The position numbers were made by a program, and so were the translations under genes. From Lingula anatina (lineage: Eukaryota; Animalia; Brachiopoda), in NCBI GenBank assembly GCA_051362555.1, contig CM120647.1:15848651-15912650 (forward strand): DNA of 64,000 bases, given 5' to 3'. Positions 24,401 through 35,019 of this stretch are shown one piece after another; position 1 is the first letter of the stretch; every line of letters begins with the position of its first letter. The notes under the pieces were generated by a model. That model saw nothing but the letters and a program-made list of their open reading frames with translations, was not told where the DNA came from and ran no database searches.

Positions 24401-26531
24401 GCCCTCTGACAGAATCGTAGGGTCTACAGATTAACTGTTAGTAAAATTAACGGACATATAATGATGGTCAGTATACTATTCTGTCTTACCCGTTGCTGTT
24501 TCCTGCAATCCGGTTCTCGTTCACCATTATCATTGACAACAGTTCCACACATAACGACGTACTGACAGTGATTGTTTCCGACCACGCATTTTTCCTTTAA
24601 GCAGATGTAGCAATTGTCCTCGCTAATTGTCCTTTTCCTGAGAGAGGGCTTTCCATCTGCAATACATGTATGTAACAATTATGATACCAAAAAATACGAA
24701 GCGTAGTGTAAAATGACATCGGCATCGGCGATTACAGATATCATTTCGCTTCCTTCAAAGAAGGCCACTTAAAAATATAGGACTCATGTAGGTATATTCT
24801 TGTTTTAATGTAGTTTATATGATTCCACCTGCTATCAAGACAGAGGGTCTCTTTTGCGAAACAAAAACCTTTGCCTACAGAATTGCCATGACTGGAGTGT
24901 CTGGGGAGTGTGTAACATGTCACAGAGCTTTGGTGCAGTGCTGTTGGGGTGGGTTCTGTCAGTTTTCGCGGAGATTTGCATATTAGTGACTGTGTCTACC
25001 GATTACTGAGACCATGCTGCGACCTACAGATATGGTAATACGTCACCAAATGGTTGCATATGCAGATAGGGGCGTAGAATAAATCGAGATAACCAGACGT
25101 TTGGGTGTGGATAGGAAAACTATGAAAAGAATCTTGAGGAGAAGGGTTGTGACAGGAAATGTGACACCTGCTAAATTTTCAGCTCCGTTACTTTACTTAC
25201 CGTCCGAGTCAAAACTAAATGTTTCCAACATTGGTTTCACTCTTGACATAGACATTCCGGAACATCGTTCGACAAGATCAGGGGGAAGAACGGCATCCGC
25301 TTCAACTTCCCCGCCATCTATGACATAGGAGTCGGTCTCAATACCGCTTACAGCCTTTTCCTATATAGATATAAAGCCACCATACGACTAAGGGCTATAG
25401 ATGCAATTGGTATTCGGTAGATTATTTTACCTAACACAATTTGTATATTTATCTAAATATTTGAACCAAGGTTGAAGTTAGCACTTAATAAATTAACGGT
25501 ATATCTTATTAAAAAGGCAGACAGTTAGATGTAATGTGTGAAATAATACCTGCTCGCCTGTGCTCTGAAAAGCTGCAACGGTCGTCTTTGGATCTTGTGA
25601 CTCGCGGTCGTCCAAAGGAGCCACATAACATTTTCCTGCTTGTGGAAAAATCATCAGAGTCAGATTCTAGAAAGAAAGTGATAGTTTTAATGGATTTTAA
25701 ATTTACCGCCTTTATTTTATCAAGTGTACATTGTAAAGCACATGCCAAACATGTCCTGTATATTAAATGCAAACAACTGTGATAAACATTTTTGGTTATA
25801 AACAGATAACAATAGAAATCATCGGTTAAAAACCAAATTGCACGAAGCTGAAATTATGAAAGCCATGTGGCCTTAAGTAACATACATGTGCAACTTACAT
25901 TTTTGAAATCGTACACAAACACAGATTCGTCTATGTCATTGTGCTGTGGAATGGAGTAGCTGACCAGTCCTCGCTCTTCGTCCACATCCACTTTTTCTTC
26001 AACCAGGGTTCCCATTTCATGGGCATGGACATTGTAGTGCTGGAAATACGAAAAAATATATGATCTACAAACGAAGTGGTTGAGATCGCTTCTGCCAAAT
26101 TATACACTTGCACTAGTGTACTGAACAGCTGCTTTAACATAACAAAATCAACCCCAAAATATACCATTAAAAATGAATGTTGAATTTTCAATATTATATG
26201 CCATAATGTCAAAAATGCGTTTCATCGTCGTCAATGCTGAGACCAAGCAAGACACGTGATCGGTGGAGCGATATCAAATCTCTTTATATCTATCTATATC
26301 GGTAAAATTGTCTTTTTTTTTCATTTATTCCTTTTATAAATTTCTCTGTGCAGGTCTCTTTTTAAAAACGTTATGTAGACATTGATAAATAAAGTAAAAT
26401 AAATTGCCTACGTGTAGGCCTATCTCTCCAGCATCCCGCTTGGTTTTCTCCACTCTCATAGTTTTTTCAGGGTGTGGAAGGGCACGGGCCATGCAGATGC
26501 ACGAGATAATAACAATCAGCGTATTCATCAT
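24144..26531 (-). CDS. Secreted BRICHOS-domain prepropeptide with a C-terminal Cys-rich peptide (283 aa, 6 coding exons)
   Basis: Exons 26412-26531 (MMNTLIVIISCICMARA signal..KTKR), 25899-26039 (EEKVDVDEERGLVSYSIPQHNDIDESVFVYDFKN), 25550-25666 (NLTLMIFPQAGKCYVAPL), 25201-25360 (..LPPDLVERCSGMSMSRV), 24490-24656 (SLRKR|TISEDNCYIC..) and 24144-24290 (..CNTCC..CTAK*). All phases match. The DF..CY..C pattern fits the BRICHOS Asp plus two Cys signature. Confidence 0.82.
25014..25182 (+). pseudogene. N-terminal HTH fragment of a Tc1-like transposase in a BRICHOS gene intron
   Basis: MLRPTDMVIRHQMVAYADRGVE*IEITRRLGVDRKTMKRILRRRVVTGNV resembles the paired-type HTH of Tc1 transposases; it contains an in-frame stop. 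Confidence 0.6.
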
Positions 26532-27088
26532 GTACCAACCTACGTAAAATGTATTCAAAGATATTATCAAAATGTCACTAATATGATCCTTTAATCACCA
26601 GAAAACTGTGTCCCTTTTACAAGCAACAGTTTGGATCGACTTTAACAAAGTTACAGCAGTGCCTTAGAATTATGCGTTGCAATAATTGATATATTAGAAC
26701 CGTAGCCAGCGATTTCAAAGGGGGGGGGGTCTTTTTCGGAAAAAAAGAAACTTTTTTCCACGAAACCTTCATGCACCTTTCCGTTGCCACAGAAATGGCA
26801 GTCCTAAAAATGGAAATATGGGTCCCACATGATTAATACAGGTAAGGGCAAGTCGGAGTATTACGGGGTTAGTACAATGTATATGGGATTATATGCCACT
26901 TGTGCAAAGTAATGAAGAAAGAACAACAGTTCCTGGCGGACGAACATTCCTGTCACACACACAAAAAGGGCGGTATGATCGAAACACCCCTCCCTCCACG
27001 AACCCCCTGGCTACGGACTCGACACGTGTGCATGAGTAAGGATTTTAAAAAATAGGTACCTTTCCATTACAGTGATGTTAACTCTTAC

Positions 27089-27160
27089 CTTGATTCTGTT
27101 CTGCGAGAACTTCCGAGTCGGCAATGCTTCTGAAAGCACGGTAATCCGGGCAATTTATAG
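27089..27160 (-). promoter_or_regulatory. Putative TATA box and non-coding first exon of the BRICHOS gene
   Basis: Minus-strand TATAAA at ~27154-27159 and donor AG|GTAAGA at 27089/27088; the matching acceptor lies just upstream of the ATG at 26531. Confidence 0.55.
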
Positions 27161-27374
27161 CCACTGCCACTTCCTTGTCGCCTTCTCATTACTTAATGTC
27201 ATTATACAGGTATTATGCCAATAGTAAAAGATTAATAAACTCTTAACTGATGTTTTGATGCATTCTTTTGATCTTTTTTTACAGATTTCTAGGCATGCAT
27301 TTCGAATGCTTTTCGCCAATTAAGAATTGTAATGAAATGATTTAGGCAAAAGATTTGCTCCTATAGATAACTAG

Positions 27375-27640
27375 GACCCCATTCACATAGACTGGGTTCC
27401 CATACTTAAATCGATCCATCTGGATCGACCTAACTCCCTGGGGGTTCTCGCTAAATTGCTATCAGCTCAAGAGGCTTACATGTCTGTCACGCACACCGAA
27501 TCAGTTAGGGGTAAAGATAATATTTACCCCCTAACAGTTTTACTAGGCGTGACAGACGTTTAAGTCGATTAGTTTGATAGCAATTTATTGAGACTCCCCA
27601 GGGAGATAGATCGATCCAAATATCTGTGGGAATGGTCCCC
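27375..27640. repeat. Palindromic MITE-like family copy
   Basis: GATCGACCTAACTCCCTGGGGGTTCTCGCTAAATTGCTATCA..GTTAGGGGTAAA|TTTACCCCCTAAC..TGATAGCAATTTATTGAGACTCCCCAGGGAGATAGATCGATC; an inverted relative lies at 49530-49745. Confidence 0.75.
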
Positions 27641-27780
27641 TAGACACACCATCGGTCTACGTGGATCTCCCGCTTAGTACAATCAGCTTAACTGAATGAC
27701 ACACCTGTTTTTTCCACCGTGCTCGTGTAACACAAGCTTTTCTATATTCTACCTAAGCTGATGGGACTTAGACCCCATTC

Positions 27781-27837
<57 letters not shown>

Positions 27838-29175
27838 CAAACAATGACACAAGTAGCAATATGTAAGAGAAAAAGGCCAGAAAAGGCATGTTGCTCTGCT
27901 CCCCCCCCCTCCCTCCCCCCAAGATAGGATAGATGGATTATCTCTTGTTCGAAAGGGTTGCCAACTCTCCAATTTCGTGTGTTTTTCTTTTACACATTAT
28001 CAGATAACTGCTGCTAATTAGTATTTCAAATAATGCTAGGTTTATCTTTTACAATTTAATGATTGAACATTTTTTTGTACTTTACAGAACATTATAATAG
28101 GGTATTTTTCTCTTCACTTTTAATACCATTTTAATATCATTACTTTTCAAATTTTCAATTTGAAATAACCATTTTAGTTGTAGTGTCATATTTAATAGAT
28201 TCGAAACTCAAAATTATTACGTTGTTATTATTATTATGTACAAGGTCATGGTTATTTATGTACCAGTACAGAAATAAATTGAAATTAAATTGAATTATTA
28301 TCATTATCACTTAAAATAACTTAAGGTACAGAATTAAATGAGGGTGAATAACAGTCTAGATATCATTAGTATTTGGTATGCCATCAGTTTATTCATTTTT
28401 TCCAAATTGAATCTAAAATATTTGAAGTGAAACAAATTTATTCATTTGATAAATGAAATAAAACAGAATACTTTTGATCCGTGTTATTCAAGCAACCATT
28501 CTGGTATACGTAGCAAACAAAGGCAAATGAAATCTCTTTCCAAAATTAAATCTGAATTATTTAAAAGGAAACAAAGGAAAAAATAAACCTGAAATAAGGT
28601 AGAATGTTTTTTCTCTAGGCTCATACGACGTATTTATTAATTCAATAGCTACACAACAAAATAATAATCTATACCTGCATTAATTAGGAAAATGATGGCA
28701 GCCAAAAAAGATTTGCTTTGTACATGTGTTAAATTTGCACATTTGTGGTAAGCAATCTAAAACACACCTGGTACAAATACAGTTTTATTTATTTATTCAT
28801 CTTCAAACAAACAACTGATAATACACTTTTAGAGGTTATAGTCTCTAAAAATTTTGAAACGCTTCTGGTATAGCTAAGACTCTCTTATCAGCGACTAATC
28901 CAACTCCCTCATCTAACTTCTGTTAATTCGAATAACTGTCATATTCTGATTCTCCCCTCCTATAAATTCGAGGTTGCCGTCTGCACACTACTGACGGAAA
29001 TTCCCCGCTTCTTCGCGACAGAAAAAAATCTTCCACAAAGTTTTTTTTCCCTGCGTGATTCCCCTCTACCGACAGCGCGGAAGTACAGCGAACACGTCCA
29101 CGTCACCAGAGACAGCCTTGCACCCACTGGCCGTACTTTTAAACCCGCTGCCGGAATGGTAGTCCTAGTAATGGA

Positions 29176-29282
29176 AGTCCGGGCTCCCATATGAATTGAT
29201 TAGTACAGGTTAGGGTTAGTCAGTGTGTTGGGGTTAGTAAACGGGACGAATGTCACCTGTACAAAGCAATGGGAAGCGGACT
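29176..29282. repeat. Small foldback element with GGTTAGGGTTAG in its loop
   Basis: AGTCCGGGCTCCCAT..TACAGGT / ACCTGTA..ATGGGAAGCGGACT inverted arms. Confidence 0.5.
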
Positions 29283-30515
29283 ACGGTTTTTTGTGGACTT
29301 CCATTCATGTCACACATCGGAACACTTAAAAAACCAATAGCAATAAAAAGTATCCAGGCAGAGCAAGCAACCGTACCCTGTATGTCTATCCAAATTTCCT
29401 TCAAAGATTCAGATGTTTACTGGAAGACAAATCAAACTTTCGGAAATATTTAATGTGCGGAAATTATATAAAAATATTTGTAAAGAACTGCGAAATTTAG
29501 AGAACTGCGCGATTATACAGTGTCTTTATATGATTTCGCTCCTTCTCTGCCATCTTTTTAAAGGATGTCTTCCACAAAACTCATCAAAGACACATTAAAT
29601 GAAATAACACAGAACAGGAACGGATCCAGGGATGCGAAGCCGATCCTCACCCCCCCTCCCCCACTTTGGTATTTCAGAGGGCGAACGATGAACGGTTTAG
29701 AACTATGATTCAGCTAGTCAGAATTATAATTTCAAGATGGGACCATTGGTGTGATTTTTTTCAGAAATCGAAGGGTGGGAGGGGGTCAGGACCCCTCTGT
29801 AACCCCCCAAAACCCGCCACTGCAGTACCCTCTACCAGGGTGGCAGTTTATACAGGAAAAACGGGAAAATCCAGAGATAGTTAAATGACCGTCTATTTAT
29901 CTAAAGACATATCTGTGAATATCCTGTGAAAAGCCAATCTGTGGCACTGGCAGCCATCCATGGCGCCATTCTTATTCAAGTAATAATTCTTGAAAATGAA
30001 GCATTTATATATCCATTAACACAGTGAATAATTTTCCAGAATTGCTTCTGAATTATTCAAAGGAAAACAAATGGATTAGTTCTGTACATGAGATAAAACA
30101 GAATACCATGATGTAGGCTTCTTCACCGTATTTAATAGCTAAATAGAACATTAAAGTTATAAGGTACACTTCTTGAGGAAATGATGACATCCAAGATAAA
30201 TTTGATAGGCTCTGCTTTCTTTTTAATCTTTCCCTTTCAAGTACGAAATCTCAAATATAACAGGCATAAATAGTTAATTTTTATAAGCAATCATTTCCGT
30301 CGCGTACAGGCTCTACATGCACATTCAGGAGGTTTTATTCCATGAATGTATCATGCCTATCCAATTTTTTAGCTAAGATTCAACTGTTTTCTGAAAAGCA
30401 ATTCGATCTTTTGAATACATATTTATGTGGAAAAATCTTTTCAAAAATTGGTAAAAAGCCTATGGAACTTTTATACATAATTCGTTTAAAAACATCTTTA
30501 TGACAACACCCTTAC

Positions 30516-30804
30516 CAGTGGCGGATTTAGGGGGGATCGGGGAAGTCCTGACTCCCCCCCCCCCCCCCCCGCCTTCGGTTTCTGAAAAAAGTCACACTAA
30601 TATTCCTCTATTAAAATTAGAATTTTGACTGAACCATAATTCTAAACCGTACCAAATGGCACCGTTTGCCCTCCAAAACATCAATTTTTTGGACCCTCTC
30701 TGGACCCCACGCAGGGGGGGGGGGGGAAGGGTCGGCTTGATATCCAACGCCTTTAATTGCTAAAAAAACGGTCCCCCCTTCAAACAATCCTGGATCCGCC
30801 CCTG
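30516..30804. mobile_element. Short-TIR non-autonomous element (CAGTGGCGGAT../..GGATCCGCCCCTG); relatives at ~29615-29822 and ~26697-27018
   Basis: Terminal inverted motifs with internal poly-G/C tracts, a common invertebrate MITE architecture. Confidence 0.65.
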
Positions 30805-31981
30805 TCATATCACCTGTAAAACCCTCATTAACTGACAAAAATGATATTCTCTCGGCGGTATTATTTGCTAAATATGTTTTTCTCAAAACTCTCATCGTCG
30901 CAATTGTTTGAATGGAAGGCGCATCAGCTTTTACACATTCGAACGATTTTTATTGACTCCATCTTCTTGAGGATTTGCTTAAATTAAAACCGCCCCAGTG
31001 TGGACAGCCTTTGACCCCATTATGCTCTTTAACGTCATAGGTGAGGCCAAACTAAATTTCAGCATAAAACAAAGCCATAGTAAAAAGGTAATCTGTCTAT
31101 GAGTACTCCGTGTCACCTTCTCTAGTAAGGCCTCGTATATCAGAGAAGCTTCTGCGGCTCCGCGGTAACTCCGCTGTCTTGCACACAGTTAGACGCTTAT
31201 ACCAGTCCTACCATATTCCGTGTAATTTCATTTTTGCGAGAAATACTTTCTAAAAATTGCGTTTGATTACTGTAAGAGGAAACAGGTAGGAACGGAGGCA
31301 CGGCTGCAAAAATAATCCAAAAGCCATGGTAACGCAAAGTCACGAGCTCGAGTCCCAGATGACGCATGCTAGTCAGCCACAACAACGAACTGGCCCCGGA
31401 ATCGGGAGTCGCCAAAAAGAATGTAGGCTCTCGTGGTTCCCGACAACAAATAACCTTTTACATAAAAAACCGGTATAGTTAAGAACAGCACAGTTTAGGT
31501 TGGACGCCTGGTACTTTTAGGACTCGATACACTCTGGGTGTTGACGCTCTCGCCTCCCTGGGGAGGATTCAGCCCAGCTGTCGTATGAGGCTCTGAAAGC
31601 TAGCAAACGACTGCCAGCCCATCAACTTTACCCCTGTTTCAACCCCTAAATGCTGAGTGCCATGCGGGGAGAGATCTAGAGCGGGGGCACCGTTTATAAA
31701 GCACTGAGTTGCATCTATTGCTTTAAGATGCTATCCCTTAATTTTGACAAATGAGCCACTTTGTTATAGAGTCACAAAAACATATCTCCGTGCTTCTAAA
31801 CAACAGGAGACAAGCTTGTGGAGAACTTGTGAAAAGGGGTAAAACACCTGTTTTACACGTTTAGTTCTCTCAAATTGTACCGGCCCAGTTAAATGTACCG
31901 CTCAATGTACACAGAGCCTCTGCAGAGACATGCTTGGCAATGTGTTAGCTGAGATTTTAGACTGACCATGAATGTGTGTCA

Positions 31982-31984
<3 letters not shown>

Positions 31985-32052
<68 letters not shown>
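31985..32052. repeat. (AG)n microsatellite; others include (AT)n ~24345-24395 and ~27783-27834, (AAT)n ~22535-22573 and ~34968-35016, (CA)n ~47010-47064, (AG)n ~40614-40659
   Basis: Direct inspection. Confidence 0.95.
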
Positions 32053-32064
<12 letters not shown>

Positions 32065-32763
32065 GAGAGAGCGCGTGTGTGAGAGAGAGTGAGAGACGAA
32101 AGACAAGGACTTATGGTTGGTCGAATTTATCGCCAACCCCTCCCAACTTGTCCCAACCAATTCAGCTAACTCGGCAAGGAGGTATATAACAATATGCACA
32201 TGTATAAAACAATATCAAATTGATTTTTAAAGTTCTGCCACAACACTTTCTTTCTTAAATCCACAAATTCATTATTTTAAATCATCCTCGACTGCGTTAA
32301 GAGATCGATACTTATTGAAATCTGAATGCTATATACTAAGCAATGTTTAACATTATATTGAGGCAGTTGCTGAACAGATCTCCAAAATCAGTTGAAACGG
32401 AATTTTCGCCTCAGTTAAAACAATGATATTAAAGGGCAGATCGATAGTTATTGATATCTGGCTGATAACGAAAAACATGGTAAACACGGATAATGAGGCG
32501 AGCCTGCCGTAAATTGATCAATACCTGCACGAACAATTAGTTGTATGACGATGTGCTGCAACGTTCTGTTCTGTTTTTGGGGAGAGGAGGAGGAGGAGAA
32601 TAAATTCAACATTGAAGACGGAAGGAGAAATGGGAATGTGACAATAGGGGAAAAGAAGCATAGTATTAAACGCAGAACAATTTGGCAATTTTTTAAAGTT
32701 TTAAATGACCTAAATGGTTGATGGTGGGAGAGGGGGAGTGAAAAGAAGAAGGCTGCCTCTCTT

Positions 32764-32811
<48 letters not shown>

Positions 32812-32855
32812 GGTAAACCGCCTTCATGTTTCAACAGCAATAACAATAATAATAA

Positions 32856-33080
32856 CTAGAAAAGCACCTACAGAGAGCAGATATCCGCTAAAACAAACAA
32901 TCAACAATAACTAACCATGTATTTATATATTATTGATCATCAAAATCTATTCATCTGTTCCTTGGCCAACTTCTGATCTATCCTGAAAATTTTATCAGAA
33001 TAACTTTCTGTGTAATGTTGCTAACAGACAGACAAACCAACGCAAACTAACGGAACCGAAAACATCCTCAGCGGAGGTTG
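32856..33080 (+). mobile_element. Helentron/HINE-like non-autonomous element
   Basis: Starts ACTAGA.., carries an ACAGACAGAC microsatellite and ends in a short CCTCAGCGGAGG hairpin, matching the bivalve pearl/DTC84-type layout. Confidence 0.5.
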
Positions 33081-33882
33081 TATTAAAAACAAGACATATA
33101 TATATATTGTGCTCTGTCCGTCTGATTGATATTTGCTCGTTACCTTGAACACTTTTCTTTCTTTCATTCTTAAATTACTTTCTTCTTTTTTTTCTTTTTC
33201 TCGTTCTGCTGCTTTGTCTTTCCTTCTTTCCTAATTTTTCTTCCCTTTTTTCCTTTATCCCATTCGTTATCCTTTTGTTTTCTCGCCCTTTCCTTCTTTT
33301 TTCTTTCTTTCTTTGCCAACTAAGCCAGTTGCTGTACTTCAGATGTAAAATTAATCCACGCGCTGTGCATAATTCATATATACAGACCAACATCGACCTC
33401 ATTGTTTACCAACCATACAGCTATTGGGAGGTCACATTGAGACTATTTACACCGTGGAAAGATTCACCCGCATCAACTGCCTTCTATCGTGTATTAACAG
33501 GACTTCTCTATTGAATTATCTGCCGTGTTAGCGTTTCCCACTCTCATAGCTTTTCAATATTTCCCGGTCCTTGCCCCCTCGTAAATCAATGGCAGCGTTC
33601 AGACGTCAGTGTTAACAAAGGCAGGAGGGAACATTAACTACAGAGTGCAGGTGCAACACACAGTTAATGGAGAGATCGAACATCCGGGTCGATTCACGGC
33701 GTTAGACGTGCATCTTAAGAGAAGAAGTGGGGATTTTTTTTCCGGGAAGAACGGCTTTTAATCCCCGCGATGCTCTCCGAGGAGAGATTGGGCGCGCCGC
33801 GGCGCAAACTGGAGTGTTTTAAACTGACCAAAGGCCGAAAGTGAAACATCTTAAGAGTGACGACGCGCCCTTCTCCCTTAAA

Positions 33883-33998
33883 ATGGAAGGAGAGCCGGGA
33901 CCAGCGGACGTGACAACGCTAAGGAAGTTCGTCAGAGAGCGTTCTAATTCCTTCCGAGATTGGTGGAGAAGTAAGCGCGCCCCCCACCTGAGAGAGGG
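33883..33998 (+). CDS. OXR1: OXR1 first coding exon A
   Basis: CpG-rich context; MEGEPGPADVTTLRKFVRERSNSFRDWWRSKRAPHLRE then GG|GTAAGT; phase 2 matches the exon at 43844. Confidence 0.7.
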
Positions 33999-34966
33999 GT
34001 AAGTAAAACTATTTTGAGCCCAAACCCCCAAGTTCTGCATTCACTTCTACAATGTGCCATGAGCTTTGATGTCATTTCAAGTCGCTTTTTGGTAGCCTAA
34101 ACACCATGGTTTTATCCCATGAGGTGTAAGCGCTTTCTTTTAACCATTTAACCAAATATTGTAAAACCGTTTGAGAGAGAAAAAAAAACGTCATATGGCT
34201 TTGTGGAACCCACATTTTCAAATCATTGCCTACAGCAACGGCTGGGTTTGCCTTATTTCCAATATGGCAGGCATGTTTGCCCCCATGAAAAAATTGATTT
34301 CCGTTTTGCGAGAAGTGTGTGATAAACACAGTGGTTAGAAAGAGACCTAAAATTCTAGAATCAATTTGCAGTTAGCACTGTATCGCGAAGGACTGGGTAG
34401 TTGAAAATGAAACCCTATAAACACACACACCCCCTCCCACGCGCGCATAATCGCTGTGTAACTTATCCATACAACTTTGTCAAAAGTTAAATTCAATGAG
34501 CTGAAAAAAAAAGACAGAAAGTTAAATGAACGGAAGTTAGCTACTGCTTTGTTTAATTTACAAAATGATTTTAAATTTATTTATGTATTCACAGAGACTG
34601 TCCGCCCAACATAAACTGTGCATATGTCATCATATCTAGTCGTTTGATGATCTTTGCAAACCTAATTGCCAATGGTTACCTGCACAGTCAAGTTGGTCTA
34701 TAAGCCGCAGATATCATTTTCTTTTTCTTCTTCTCCTAACCTTTTGCAAACGAGCAATTTCCGCCGCAGGTTGTATTAGGCTGGGTGTTATTGCTGATCT
34801 GTATACATGTTGGCTGCAACATTCACTTTTTCTTCCAGTGGAGCTCAGATCTTTGATTTCCCATGTTGTACTTCATCAGCGTATCAGCCAGATCCGAACA
34901 TTCAATAAATACTTCCACAACTGCAGTTTGCATTTGCGTTAAGAAAACAAAATTTTACTCTTATAA

Positions 34967-35019
<53 letters not shown>

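Noticed and set aside
25509-26212. ORF-track translations 25509-25772 and 25931-26212
   Set aside because: Wrong frames; the phase-consistent spliced frame encodes the BRICHOS domain.
29173-29192. GGAAGTCCGGGCTCCCATA resembles the bacterial RNase P P4 motif (GGAAAGTCCGGGCTCCATA)
   Set aside because: No downstream ACAGAA.CCGGCTTA partner, eukaryotic context, and the motif is one arm of a local inverted repeat.
29208-29236. TTAGGG-like units as an interstitial telomere or a confident telomerase RNA call
   Set aside because: Only about two units, inside a foldback loop; pseudoknot, CR4/5 and H/ACA elements were not identifiable by eye.
31480-31700. Possible tRNA gene or tRNA-derived SINE
   Set aside because: No cloverleaf or clear A/B boxes; only a SINE-like core (GGCACTCAGCATTTAGGGG on the minus strand), too weak to call.
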